NCBI GenBank assembly: GCA_963668315.1
Contig: OY764216.1
Span: 4,480,001-4,544,000, forward strand
Reading direction: 5' to 3'
Length of the DNA stretch: 64,000 nt
DNA from: Spirochaetia bacterium
GTDB lineage: Bacteria > Spirochaetota > Spirochaetia > DSM-2461
Below are positions 49,326 to 60,255 of this stretch, piece by piece; the stretch's first letter is position 1; every line of letters begins with the position of its first letter. Under the pieces are notes generated by a model, which did no database searches, was not told the origin of the DNA, and saw nothing but the letters and a program-made list of their open reading frames with translations. The translations under genes and the position numbers were made by a program.

Positions 49326-50192
49326 CTACCCCTTGATTCCTCCCACCATAAGCCCTGAGACAAAATGCTTCTGAATAAATGGATAGATAACAAGGACAGG
49401 AAGCATACCAAGGACCATCACAGCCATTTTAAGATTGCTATAAACATAGTTTCCTCCCCCCAGGGATTCATCCGATTCAAACATAAGGCTCCTAAGAACG
49501 ACCTGCAAAGTATACTTCCTACTGTCGTTAATGAACATGATCACTTCAAAATATCTATTCCAGTAGCTAACACAATAGAAGAGGGTTACCGCAGCAATTA
49601 CGGAAACCGACAAAGGAATAACAATGCGGAACAGAATAACAAGATCATTACAACCATCTAGCTTTGCCGACTCCATAAGGGTTTCCGGGATACTGGACAT
49701 ATAATTCTTAATAATGATCAAATTGAATGTGGACATAGCTACTGGCAAGATAATTGAAGCCAAACTATTTATAAGTCCTAAACTCCTTACAACGATATAA
49801 AACGGCATGATCCCAGCATCAAAAAGCATAGTCAGAACGATTAGCTTCATAAAAATATTCCTTCCCACAAGATGCTTTTGAGAAAGGGCATATCCCAATG
49901 GGAGAGTTATGAACATTGAAATGAACGTTCCCGTTACAGCGACAAAAATTGAATTTTTGAAAGCGCTCATATAACCGCTGTGAAGAACCTTATCATAATT
50001 AACAAGGGTAAAGGATTTTGGAATGAGGAGATAATCGTTTCCCATTACATCGATATCCTTTGCAAAAGATGTAATAAGAACATTCCAGATGGGAACTAAG
50101 AATATCAAACAAACGAAGGCCAGGAATATTACGTTAAATATATTGAAAACGCGACGGCCTGTTGAAACTTTAATATGATTTTTATTACTCAT
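49326..50192 (-). CDS. carbohydrate ABC permease
   Basis: EAA loop ESAKLDGC. Confidence 0.92.
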   Translation of the reverse strand: MSNKNHIKVSTGRRVFNIFNVIFLAFVCLIFLVPIWNVLITSFAKDIDVMGNDYLLIPKSFTLVNYDKVLHSGYMSAFKNSIFVAVTGTFISMFITLPLGYALSQKHLVGRNIFMKLIVLTMLFDAGIMPFYIVVRSLGLINSLASIILPVAMSTFNLIIIKNYMSSIPETLMESAKLDGCNDLVILFRIVIPLSVSVIAAVTLFYCVSYWNRYFEVIMFINDSRKYTLQVVLRSLMFESDESLGGGNYVYSNLKMAVMVLGMLPVLVIYPFIQKHFVSGLMVGGIKG

Positions 50193-50204
50193 TTTTTATG
50201 CACC

Positions 50205-51125
50205 TTATAATATGGGATCGTCAAGAAACCGGCTGCTGAACTTGTTCGTGGAGAAAACCAGGATCACGGTTATTATGGATGTAAACATTCCTACGGCGAC
50301 AGAATATCCCAGGTCTCCTGATAGAACACCTTCCCTGTACACATAAGTCTGAAGCACATCAGCTACGTCATAAACGGCAGCATTGTACATGACCAGAACC
50401 TGCTCAAAAATCAAAAGGACATGGGATAGATTTAAAAGAAGCATGGTGACGATTGTGGACCTGATTCCCGGTAATGTTACATGCCATAACTGCCCCCATC
50501 TTCCAGCTCCATCAATGGTAGCCGCCTCATACAAATGAGGCTCAACTGTGGTTAAGGAAGCAATATAAATTACCGATCCATAACCAACTTGCCTCCACAT
50601 ATAAGATGATATAAGGACAGGACGAAAAAAGTGAGTGTCTGCCATAAAGTAAATTGGCTTACCGCCAAGCATCGTTATTATATTATTTACCAGTCCGGAA
50701 GAAGGAGAAAGTAGATTGACAAAAATACTTCCGACAACAACCCATGAGAAAAAATATGGGATATAAATAAGGAATTGAATAGATTTTTGTACTTTCGCAT
50801 TCTTTAACTCGTTGACCAACAGAGCAATAACTAATGGAGCCGGAAAGTAAAAAACGATATTGGCAATACTGATGATAATAGTATTCTTAAAGGCATTCCA
50901 GAATATATGGGAAGTTAGCAGTCTTTTAAAATTATCAAATCCAATAAATGACACCTTTGCCCTGAATCCATAGTCTGTGAAAGCAAGACTTAATCCCATC
51001 AGGGGTAAATACTTAAATAAAAGATACCATACAAGTCCCGGTAGCATCATAAGAAACAGATATCTCTGATCTTTCAGCTGCTTTAGGAGATAACCGTTTT
51101 TTACATTTTCATTACGCTTATTCAT
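50205..51125 (-). CDS. carbohydrate ABC permease (LplB-like)
   Basis: YEAATIDGAGRW and PYFFSWVVV. Confidence 0.92.
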   Translation of the reverse strand: MNKRNENVKNGYLLKQLKDQRYLFLMMLPGLVWYLLFKYLPLMGLSLAFTDYGFRAKVSFIGFDNFKRLLTSHIFWNAFKNTIIISIANIVFYFPAPLVIALLVNELKNAKVQKSIQFLIYIPYFFSWVVVGSIFVNLLSPSSGLVNNIITMLGGKPIYFMADTHFFRPVLISSYMWRQVGYGSVIYIASLTTVEPHLYEAATIDGAGRWGQLWHVTLPGIRSTIVTMLLLNLSHVLLIFEQVLVMYNAAVYDVADVLQTYVYREGVLSGDLGYSVAVGMFTSIITVILVFSTNKFSSRFLDDPIL

Positions 51126-51138
51126 CACGCATATTTCC

Positions 51139-53241
51139 TTATTTATTAATCGTATATATAAACCCGGTATCCATTACTTTGCTACCGGTTAAATTCTCAC
51201 TGTAGGAATCCGGTTGATTTCCACCAACATAAATATTCCACCATCCCTGCCGGAAAGATCTTACACCCTGAGAATCAACACAGGTAAACGCTTCTTTCTC
51301 AATAGTTAAGGAAACCTCTTTTTCCTCTCCCGATAGAAGAAAAACACGTTTTATTCCACATAATACCGGATGATGAGGGAAGTCACTATGATCCATCCAA
51401 CAATATACCTGTATCGTTTCCGAAGCGTTAATAGAACCTATATTACTAATGCGGAACGAGATATAAACCTCACCCTCTTCCTGTAATTCCACATTCAAAT
51501 CTTTATAGGCAAAATCGGTATAGGATAAACCATATCCAAATGGATATAGGGGATCTTCATGAATATACCTGTATGTTCTACCGGCCATGCTATAATCTGT
51601 AAAATCAGGTAGCTGATTCTTTCTGGAATAGAATGTTATCGGTAATTTTCCCGAAGGACTGAAATGTCCGAATAAAAGCTCGGCAATAGCCTTTCCCCCG
51701 AATTCACCGGGATACCACGCTTGAATTAAGGCTTTTACCTGGTCAAAGGATTCAATTTCTGGATCAAGGGGACCGCCGGAAAGAAGAACTACAATGACCG
51801 GGGTATTTCTTCTGCTTACAGCCTTAAGGAGTCTTCGCTGACAGGCAGGCAACCGTAAATTTTCCTTATCTCCAGCCCATCCGCCATTTCCGTCGTCATG
51901 CATCTCTCCTTCAAGAGTCTCGTCCAAACCGAGGCAAAGTACAACTACATCTGACAGATCCGTAACGGCAATGGCTTCAGAAAGGCGATCATCCTTTTCC
52001 CCTAAACGCTCTACTCTATCCTTATTCAGAGCACTACCCTCGGAATATAGGACACGTATATCAGCTGGAAGGATTTCTTTTACCCCCTCAAGAACCGTAG
52101 TCAGATTGCTGGAGGTTCCATGGTAGTTTCCCAGAAGCGCTTCTCGGCTATTTCCGTTTGGTCCAATTATGCCAATTACCTTAATTTGCTCTTTATCTAA
52201 CGGTAGGAAATCCTCATTCTTTAAAAGGACAAGGGATCTTCTCGAGGCTTCAAGGGAGAGGGCGCTGTGTTCCAAAGAATCCACATCCAATAATGAGATA
52301 TCATCATAAGGGCAGTCATCTTCAAATAATCCCAGATCAAATCTTGTTGTCATATTTCTAATGCAGGCTTCTTTTATTCTATCTTCTGATACCAAGCCTT
52401 TTGTATAAGCCTCATAAAGGTGTCTGTACATACTACCACAGTTCAAATCACATCCTGAGTTCAAGGCAAGTGATGCTGATTCCTCTTCATTATCCGTGAC
52501 CTTGTGCCCCAGATGAAAATCTTTCACAGCCCAACAGTCCGAAATATACATCCCCCCGAACTTCCATTTCTCTCTCAAAATATCCTGCATGAGAGAAGGA
52601 CTTCCACAACAAGGCTCCCCATTCAAAGCGCTGTACGCTCCCATAACACCATTTACTTTCCCTTCCTTAACACACCGTTCAAAGGCTGGAAGATATGTTT
52701 CATGCAAATCCTTACTACTTACGACAGCATTAAAACTATGACGCAAAGGTTCAGGACCACTATGGGCAGCCAGATGCTTTATACATGACGCCGTTTTTAA
52801 ATAGGGCCCCTCGTCCTGAAGACCTTTAACAAAGGCCACACCCAGTATCCCGGTAAGATAGGGGTCCTCTCCAAATGTTTCCTGACCTCTTCCCCAACGG
52901 GGATCTCTAAATATGTTGATGTTAGGAGACCAGACAGTCAATCCCTTATATATCCCTCGATCATTCATAGAAGAGAAAGTGTTGTACTTACCTCTCTGTT
53001 CTGTAGCAATGGCGTCGGCTATATTTCGAATGAGATCCGAATCGAATGTTGCTGCCAAGCCTATGGCCTGAGGAAATACGGTTGCCGTTCCTGAACGCGC
53101 GGCTCCATGCAATCCTTCATTCCACCAGTTATATGCTGGTATTCCTAAACGGGGTATAGGTGGAGCGTCAAATCTCAATTGATCTATCATTTCTTCAACG
53201 GTCATCTGAGAAACCAATACCGTCGCTCTTTCCTTATTCAT
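51139..53241 (-). CDS. GH3 beta-xylosidase/glucosidase
   Basis: WNEGLHG, RDPRWGRGQETFGEDP, KH, ISDC and YPFGYGLSYT. Confidence 0.92.
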   Translation of the reverse strand: MNKERATVLVSQMTVEEMIDQLRFDAPPIPRLGIPAYNWWNEGLHGAARSGTATVFPQAIGLAATFDSDLIRNIADAIATEQRGKYNTFSSMNDRGIYKGLTVWSPNINIFRDPRWGRGQETFGEDPYLTGILGVAFVKGLQDEGPYLKTASCIKHLAAHSGPEPLRHSFNAVVSSKDLHETYLPAFERCVKEGKVNGVMGAYSALNGEPCCGSPSLMQDILREKWKFGGMYISDCWAVKDFHLGHKVTDNEEESASLALNSGCDLNCGSMYRHLYEAYTKGLVSEDRIKEACIRNMTTRFDLGLFEDDCPYDDISLLDVDSLEHSALSLEASRRSLVLLKNEDFLPLDKEQIKVIGIIGPNGNSREALLGNYHGTSSNLTTVLEGVKEILPADIRVLYSEGSALNKDRVERLGEKDDRLSEAIAVTDLSDVVVLCLGLDETLEGEMHDDGNGGWAGDKENLRLPACQRRLLKAVSRRNTPVIVVLLSGGPLDPEIESFDQVKALIQAWYPGEFGGKAIAELLFGHFSPSGKLPITFYSRKNQLPDFTDYSMAGRTYRYIHEDPLYPFGYGLSYTDFAYKDLNVELQEEGEVYISFRISNIGSINASETIQVYCWMDHSDFPHHPVLCGIKRVFLLSGEEKEVSLTIEKEAFTCVDSQGVRSFRQGWWNIYVGGNQPDSYSENLTGSKVMDTGFIYTINK

Positions 53242-53274
53242 CTACCTTCCGTCTATTTAAATCAGGCTTCAAAT

Positions 53275-53304
53275 GACTCTGAGGAAACTGGATTCCTCAG
53301 AGTC
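53275..53304. terminator. intergenic hairpin after the SBP gene
   Basis: GACTCTGAGGAA / TTCCTCAGAGTC 12-bp inverted repeat. Confidence 0.65.
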
Positions 53305-53321
53305 TTTTTATGTTTTATGTT

Positions 53322-54806
53322 TTACTTATTTAACTCTTTGAGAATAGAATCGCCGCCAATACTTTTCCAGAAGTTGGCATACTCATCCATACCTTCCTGG
53401 ACAGATACGCTTCCCACAACAATTTTCGTTGCAATAGACTCTCTTGTGCTCTTAATCGTAGGAGCGACGCGATCATAATTCATAGATACACCTACCGGAA
53501 CATCAGCACCATGGTTGGGGCCTAGATGCCCCTGTATCCCATCTATATGAGCTTTCTGTGCAGGTAATCCTTTCTCCATTGCAGCGGACAAAGCAAAGGG
53601 AAGATTATTTAAATCAATGTCAATGAAGGAATCGGAAAGATAATTCAAAGTATACTTATACCCGGAGTTTGAAGCTTTCTCCGTAGGTACAATCATACGA
53701 TTCCCATCAAGTGTATAGTGTGTACCTTCCACTCCTAATCCGAAGAAAGCAGGATAGATCTGTGGGTCCATAACGATAGTCTCAATAACCTTCACAGCAG
53801 CATCAGGATATTTCGTTTTGGATGAGACAACCCAAGCTGTCTGAGTTGCTTCATTTAACGCTCCACCCTTGCCTTCAGGACCAACAAGCTCATAGATCAG
53901 ATGCATATCGGTAGGTTTCTCTGCATTTTCCGTATTCTGTACATAGTTAACATAGTTGGTAACATAATCAATATCAGAAGCAGCTTTAGCGGTATAAGTC
54001 TTTTCTCTCATAGCACTATTTTCCGTTGTGATAAATTCCTGATTGAGTACTCCCGATTCGTATAATTCATGAACATAGGCAAGAGCTTCCATCATTTCCG
54101 GAGTCTGGAAGCCATCTATAAACTTGCCATCTTTCTTGTATACACCACCCCAAGCTCCGAATGAGTTATAGAAATACTGAAAGTTATCAACCCATTTGGG
54201 AAAACAGAAAGGAATGATATCCTTTCCGACAAATTTCTGCATTTCACGTGCAAATTCTTCTGTAGTAGGAGCCTCTGAAAGGTTAACACCATACTCATCC
54301 ATTAGATCCTGGCGAAGAAAAATTGCTTTGGATTTAGGATAGTTATAGGGGATAAAGTAAGTTTTCCCATCGATCTTCAAATCTTGAAAAAGACTGGGAT
54401 TTAAACTTTTTAGAGCAGGAGAAGCACTGATATAATCAGTAAGATCTAAAATCTGCTCTCTGGCAACCATGGTAGGAATAGCTGTCATGGCCTGGGATAT
54501 TACAAATACATCTGGAACATCGCCACTATTAATCAATGTGGCGATCTTATCTTTGTAACTTGCCAGCGGGGGAATGATAGGGTCGATTTTCACACCCGTT
54601 CTCTCTTCTATCATCTTTGTGATTTCATTCTGCAAATCCGGATCAGTACTTAACCCGTAAGTATTATCAGCTGTTGCCAATACGACTATCGGCTGACCGG
54701 TATCACTGACTTCTTTCTTACCTTCAGCAGTAGCAGAAAACCCGATACAGAAAAAGAGCAAAGACGAAAGAACTACATTAATAATTTTTTTCATTATCAA
54801 CCTCAC
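53322..54806 (-). CDS. extracellular sugar-binding protein
   Basis: Signal peptide with spirochaete-style AEGKKE; SGDVPDVF; DGK.Y.IP. Confidence 0.88.
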   Translation of the reverse strand: MRLIMKKIINVVLSSLLFFCIGFSATAEGKKEVSDTGQPIVVLATADNTYGLSTDPDLQNEITKMIEERTGVKIDPIIPPLASYKDKIATLINSGDVPDVFVISQAMTAIPTMVAREQILDLTDYISASPALKSLNPSLFQDLKIDGKTYFIPYNYPKSKAIFLRQDLMDEYGVNLSEAPTTEEFAREMQKFVGKDIIPFCFPKWVDNFQYFYNSFGAWGGVYKKDGKFIDGFQTPEMMEALAYVHELYESGVLNQEFITTENSAMREKTYTAKAASDIDYVTNYVNYVQNTENAEKPTDMHLIYELVGPEGKGGALNEATQTAWVVSSKTKYPDAAVKVIETIVMDPQIYPAFFGLGVEGTHYTLDGNRMIVPTEKASNSGYKYTLNYLSDSFIDIDLNNLPFALSAAMEKGLPAQKAHIDGIQGHLGPNHGADVPVGVSMNYDRVAPTIKSTRESIATKIVVGSVSVQEGMDEYANFWKSIGGDSILKELNK

Positions 54807-54974
54807 TTATTTTTCAGAAACGAGCAAAAATATCAAAATAGATATTTTTATACTCCTTTCTCGTTCTCAATTCAGTATAAAAGAGCAAATGAAAATCGTC
54901 GTTAGCACAATAAGAAAAATACTTATACTTTTTCGTATGTACCACACATAACCAGATCCATTTCTGATATCTCT

Positions 54975-57065
54975 TTAACTATTTTTAGGACTCTCTTTCC
55001 AATTGGGAAATGAATATTCTCCGCGATAGTTTGAACCGTTATACATAGGATATTTTTCGGGACAATAAAGTAAATCTTTTTCTACAAGAGGCTTATCCTG
55101 AGTATAGATATAAAGACTTTTCCTATCCCAAAGCACAATTTCCTCCCTATTATCACCGGTAATATCCAGAACATCCGCACATAGATCAGGATGTCCATCA
55201 TCAGGGAAACTTACAACAATTCGACCTGCCCCATCCATCAGTCCCCCATGTTTCGTATTACCGTTAAGAAGGATCAAATCCTGACCTGACCCATCCCAAT
55301 TAACAGGAGTAATCATATTACCGTTACATAACGCTTCTTTATGCCAGATTTTATTTCCCCGACAGTCGTGAAGATAAAGGATTCCCTGATTTCCCCAGAA
55401 GGTTGTCGTACAAATCTCAAGCCCATCTCTTTCAGGACAATAGTTTCCCACAGAGATTCTCTGACCATGACCATTTATATCCCGATGAAGGATTGTGCCC
55501 TTCTTATCGACCATCATAAATCCTTCCCAACCGGAAACTATGGCAATGATTTCTTCGGCATCCTGCCCTTCCAATTTTCCGATAATAATCTCGTCAGTAT
55601 GATCATTCTCTATAGGTAGCGACCAGAGTCTATTTCCTTCTGAATCAATCAGATTGTAACAACTGAAAATCTCATCCTTTCCATCTCCGTTAATGTCAAA
55701 AGAGTAAGGGAAATGGCCTGTATTGTAATGGTTAAACTTCCATTTAAGGTTAAGATCACAATCGTAGATCCAAAGACGGGCATATCTATCTTTGATAAGA
55801 ATGTCAGATGGTTTTTCATTACCTGAAACATTGACAATTCGGATAGCGTCCACATTTAGACGATTAGTCGCATGAATTCCGAACTCAATTCCGCATATTT
55901 CTTCAGCATCTTCACTATTACGGGGAGTGGGTATTTCTTTTTTAACTTCCCCTGTTCTACCATCAAGTATTTTCAGAGTAAAATCCCATGATGTAATGAC
56001 TTCATCGAATCCATCGCCGTCAATATCGTAAATTTGAAAAGGAAGATCGGTAGTAAGCTGAATCACATCCTTGTCATCACGGGGTTCGCCAATCTGCCAA
56101 AGGACTTCACCTGTTTCCACACTGACGGCAGTCATACAGCTAATGAAAGGATAACGGTCCTTGAAAACTCGTCTCTGGTGTTGGCATATGACAAAAAACA
56201 GTTCATCTCCGCCTTTCAGATGTCCGAACCGAATCTGCCGACCAGCACCGAAATTGCCCAAGTCAATCTTTTTCCATAAAACAGGCTGGGGTAAGTTTTC
56301 TCTTAGCTGTAGGGTTTCTTCTTTCTCTCTAGTTCTTTTATTTTCCCAAACCATACGGGACTCTTTATCAGTAGATACTTTAACATGAGAATACTGCGCT
56401 GGCATGCAAGAAGAAAGGGCAATACCTCCCTCTTTATACAAGCTATCGGTCAAATCAAAGACTTCTTTCCCCTGGAGAAAACATCGAATCCTCTCCCCTT
56501 TAACTTCTACAGAAAGCTCCTGATAGGTATCACAATCCCAATCTACTTTTGCTTCACCCAAAACTGTACGCTCATACTTTTCAACCCGATGTAGCTCAAC
56601 TCCTTTATCAACCAGGAAGAATGCATAATGCATCATACTAGTCTGATAACGAAACAGGATACCGCTGGCAAACGTTCTTGTGAGAGGTCTCATTGTGACA
56701 GAAAAGGTATAATCTTGCCAGTCTTTCTCTCCGGCACATAATGTGGGCAAAGCGGCTTTCTCATCCATTGGCTGAACACGCATCTGCTCAAGAACGCATT
56801 TTCCATCCATATGAGGTTTGGTTATTATCCAAGACGGTCCTTTATAGGAATAATTGGCGATAGGATCATACCAGGAACCGGAATATCCGGGAGAGGGATA
56901 ATAATGATACTCCCCCATAGCAGAATGTTCCGGATCGAAGGGAAGCGGTCCAAGGGAAAAAGAAGAAAAATCTTCTTCAAATATAGTGACGGTTTTCACA
57001 ACGCTATCCTTTTCATAATCTTGATTCAATATGTTAAGGATATTTTTTCCCTGCGCTTCTGTCAT
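54975..57065 (-). CDS. rhamnogalacturonan lyase (PL11)-like beta-propeller with N-terminal lectin-like domain
   Basis: Repeated DIDGDG.DE, DINGDGKDE and DITGDNREE motifs; GH, H.D and GHGQ. Confidence 0.55.
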   Translation of the reverse strand: MTEAQGKNILNILNQDYEKDSVVKTVTIFEEDFSSFSLGPLPFDPEHSAMGEYHYYPSPGYSGSWYDPIANYSYKGPSWIITKPHMDGKCVLEQMRVQPMDEKAALPTLCAGEKDWQDYTFSVTMRPLTRTFASGILFRYQTSMMHYAFFLVDKGVELHRVEKYERTVLGEAKVDWDCDTYQELSVEVKGERIRCFLQGKEVFDLTDSLYKEGGIALSSCMPAQYSHVKVSTDKESRMVWENKRTREKEETLQLRENLPQPVLWKKIDLGNFGAGRQIRFGHLKGGDELFFVICQHQRRVFKDRYPFISCMTAVSVETGEVLWQIGEPRDDKDVIQLTTDLPFQIYDIDGDGFDEVITSWDFTLKILDGRTGEVKKEIPTPRNSEDAEEICGIEFGIHATNRLNVDAIRIVNVSGNEKPSDILIKDRYARLWIYDCDLNLKWKFNHYNTGHFPYSFDINGDGKDEIFSCYNLIDSEGNRLWSLPIENDHTDEIIIGKLEGQDAEEIIAIVSGWEGFMMVDKKGTILHRDINGHGQRISVGNYCPERDGLEICTTTFWGNQGILYLHDCRGNKIWHKEALCNGNMITPVNWDGSGQDLILLNGNTKHGGLMDGAGRIVVSFPDDGHPDLCADVLDITGDNREEIVLWDRKSLYIYTQDKPLVEKDLLYCPEKYPMYNGSNYRGEYSFPNWKESPKNS

Positions 57066-57105
57066 TAGCTAAAATATAGAAAAGATTACACTTTTCCGTA
57101 TATCT

Positions 57106-57936
57106 TTAATAATCAGTTCTTACTGTATCTCTAACATTCTTAAGGTATTGGGAAGGAGATATACCGCTATGCTTTTTAAAAAAACGGGTAAAATACTGTA
57201 TATTCTCAAAGCCAAGATTCCATGCTATCTCGGTTAAGGTCAGTTCTGTGTGCTGAATAAGCAGCTTTGACTGTTCAAAACGAATATGATTAATATAACT
57301 AACAGCCGAAAGTCCTGTTTCCCGTTTGATGACTCTGTACAAATAATCCTGGTTGTACCCACAATCATCCGCCATCTCTTTTAGGGAAAACTTCCTATTG
57401 ATATTTTTGGCTATATAGTCGTCTACAACCGTAATGACTTGAGAGTTCTCTTTGCGTGAATTCGGGTGTTCTGCGGTATTCATTTCAAACGTGGAAAGCT
57501 TATTTTGTATACTAATCCTCTCCATTAAAATGAGAGCTTCCCTTAAAAGAGATTCAGACATTTCTTTATAATGGAGAGATTTTTTCTGTCCTTCGAGAAC
57601 AATTCGGGAAAAGAGGTTAAAAATCTGCCTTTCCTGGTCTTCTATTTTTTGATTTCCCGATGCCAGCAATTTGGTTAGACTTTCATCCAGAGTGACAAAC
57701 TTGACCTCCAGTGTTTTCATACCTTCTGAAGAGGTAACACTGTAACTATGCCTGGAACCTTTCTTAATCAGGTATATATCACCGGGAGACATTGTATAAC
57801 TGACATCGTCAATATTATTTATTCCTTCCCCTGAATAAACCATCTGAATCTGATAATCAGGATGGGAATGCATAACAATCCCGCTACCCTTTCTATAATG
57901 GAATCGTCCAGAAAATGTTATCTCAAATTTTTCCAT
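57106..57936 (-). CDS. AraC family regulator
   Basis: MHSH cupin; EIAWNLGFENIQYFTRFFKKHSGISP. Confidence 0.93.
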   Translation of the reverse strand: MEKFEITFSGRFHYRKGSGIVMHSHPDYQIQMVYSGEGINNIDDVSYTMSPGDIYLIKKGSRHSYSVTSSEGMKTLEVKFVTLDESLTKLLASGNQKIEDQERQIFNLFSRIVLEGQKKSLHYKEMSESLLREALILMERISIQNKLSTFEMNTAEHPNSRKENSQVITVVDDYIAKNINRKFSLKEMADDCGYNQDYLYRVIKRETGLSAVSYINHIRFEQSKLLIQHTELTLTEIAWNLGFENIQYFTRFFKKHSGISPSQYLKNVRDTVRTDY

Positions 57937-58265
57937 AATCTCGTCTCCCAGTAATCAGCAATACTATACAATTTACTGATTATTATTTAAATATCAGATG
58001 AAAAAAACATGTTGGATCTTTCAAATTCAGCACAAAGAGATAACGATAAAACATTATCATGAGCTAAAATCTAGAGAATCAAATTCTTTGTTTCAAAAGC
58101 AATAGGTTTTAGAGACTACAAGCACTTGATCGATTTTTATAACTCGATTGACCTAACGCATGATTCATTAGGATTTTAAGATTTTAGTTTTAATAAAATA
58201 CTAAAGAATAGTAATTCAATAGCAGAATATTCTAATATTCCTGAATTTAGTGACGAGGAAGAAGA

Positions 58266-58499
58266 TTATTGGGGTATTCCTTTATCAATTTTACTGCTGA
58301 CTGTTATTATATCTGTTTGAGAGAGATTATCTATTTCCTGGAGTATATATAATCCCCGAGCAATTTGACTAATATATCCCAGCACCTTAAGTTCATAGAG
58401 CATATATCTACTTACTCCACTTGCGATTGCATCTTTCATTCTAAATGGGTTGCTAAGATTTCTGAGAATATGCAGAGATATCTCTTGCGCCTCTGTAAT
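58266..58499 (-). pseudogene. AbiEi remnant (paralog of 48574-49179), start ATG replaced by ATT, truncated
   Basis: Manual translation ITEAQEISLHILRNLSNPFRMKDAIASGVSRYMLYELKVLGYISQIARGLY...KIDKGIPQ*. Confidence 0.85.
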
Positions 58500-58674
58500 A
58501 AGACAAAACGTCCTTACTTATCAATATCTATATACAGTTTGTCTGATTAGACTGATAAAATCAAGTATTAGTGTAACTCTTGTAGGATTTTTGAAAAAAT
58601 CCAGACCTGTATACTTAGCTCTTCAAGAGAATGAAAAAAGGATTAGTAGTGAAGCTTGTTGAGAATGAATGAGT

Positions 58675-58923
58675 TCACCAGTCCCATTCAAAATCCGTCG
58701 TTTCCAGAGTATCATCAATCAGCAATTTATCTTCTCCACTATCGTGCATATCGTTAAATGCCTCTTCCCATCCCGCTCGTACTTCTCTTTTTAAGGGTTT
58801 AAGGATTATTTCATTGTTATTGATTTCCATACTTAATTTTTCTTTGATATTAAGTTTAGCTATAATGCTTTTAGGTATTCTTATACCTTTAGAATCTCCA
58901 ATTTGGATTAAAGAAACATCCAT
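58675..58923 (-). CDS. AbrB/MazE antitoxin (orphan)
   Basis: IGDSKGIRIPK and R.GWEEAF; no MazF ORF follows. Confidence 0.85.
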   Translation of the reverse strand: MDVSLIQIGDSKGIRIPKSIIAKLNIKEKLSMEINNNEIILKPLKREVRAGWEEAFNDMHDSGEDKLLIDDTLETTDFEWDW

Positions 58924-59019
58924 AGTCACCTCAGATGAATTTAATATACTGTAACTACATGAAAAGTCAATTAATCTGACTATAAACTTACTAATTTATG
59001 TTGGCATTCTATTACTTGG

Positions 59020-59346
59020 TCAATATTTTGGTGGATTATCAAAAATCAAACCGTCATCAAATTCGATTGAAAGGATTTCAGCCAAGATATTCCTGAGCAT
59101 GTATTCATCATTAGAAACTCTTGCACCCAATAGATCTATATCCTTTGTGGGCCTACTGGAAAAACCAGAAAGAGAATAAAGAAGCAATCCCCCTTTAAGA
59201 ATAAATGAATCAGAATAAGCTGACAAAGAGATGCGTCGAAGTAAACCTTCCTGCATATAGAGTCTTGTTGTTAGGACGTAATCAATTCCCGTTTCTCTTG
59301 AGTAGTTTTTTAGTTTGGCCTGCACAGATGCTGTTAGATTTTTCAT
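59020..59346 (-). pseudogene. truncated AbiEii toxin (108 aa)
   Basis: ASV.AKL.N, FILKGG and RPTKDIDLL; ends just after DDGL.FD. Confidence 0.85.
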
Positions 59347-59945
59347 ATGAGAACCTCAAGATACTTGTTGAGAACGGAACTGATTCTCAGCTTCCGAGCA
59401 TATCCATTAAGTTTATTAAGATTCTTGTCCTTACTTCTTATGTATTCATTCAGGGCCTCGTTCATGATATCGATACCAATTTTATTCCGGTACCGTATTA
59501 CATCACATATTGTTTTCTCTTTGTCATAGATTTGAATAATATGGTCGGTTTCCAACTTCTCTTTTACAATACCTGTCTCATAAAATAAACCGGAGAAATA
59601 ATAGAGTTTTATTGGAGGATAGTCAGGCAGGGTTATTTTTCGACCTTTTGGGATAGCAATATGAATTTCGGAAGGGTCCCAAGTGGTCAGATTGTAATAT
59701 GCTAGTGCAGTTCCCAAACAAAGTATTCCGTCAGTTATTGATAACTGTGCCTCTGCTAGAGTATCGAATTGGGAATTATCCGAAAGACTATACAAACCAT
59801 GTTTTACCTTTATAATAATACCTTCTTCCTGAAGCTCTTTTAAATAAACATGATGAAGCCCCTTCTCCTTAATATCCCTTGTACGTGCATATCCTGATTG
59901 GTTGTGAAATATTTCAATTATCTCATCATAGATCGTCTTCTTCAT
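59343..59945 (-). CDS. AbiEi type IV antitoxin (close paralog of 40129-40731)
   Basis: GLHH.YLK.L.E.G.IIK.KHGLYSLS and CLGTALAYY.LTTW. Confidence 0.9.
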   Translation of the reverse strand: MKKTIYDEIIEIFHNQSGYARTRDIKEKGLHHVYLKELQEEGIIIKVKHGLYSLSDNSQFDTLAEAQLSITDGILCLGTALAYYNLTTWDPSEIHIAIPKGRKITLPDYPPIKLYYFSGLFYETGIVKEKLETDHIIQIYDKEKTICDVIRYRNKIGIDIMNEALNEYIRSKDKNLNKLNGYARKLRISSVLNKYLEVLI

Positions 59946-60255
59946 GTTTTGACATTATACACGTTACTTGGATCTACATATAGTAGAAAATGTCATTTTA
60001 TTAGGTAAGGTTCTTAAAAAAATCAGTTTTTAAGTTACTACCAGATTACTCAGGCTTCGGATTCGATACCCGAATAAAAACATGTAGAAATGGGGAGGAA
60101 CATCTATTTAGTATAGATATTATTTTATTTCCTAATAATATTTTATCAAAGTAGAAGCTGCGTTGCATACCAATATTAAGCTAAATGAAAAATGCCGGTG
60201 TAACCAAAAATATGACACAAATAAATATCTCTTGACTGAAATATAATTGTTGATT

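Noticed and set aside
57960..58265. Possible plus-strand gene fragment
   Set aside because: Multiple stops and no recognisable homology by eye.
44184..59945. Integron cassette array
   Set aside because: The GTAAC sites lack attC-like palindromic structure, and I saw no IntI-specific features in the integrase.
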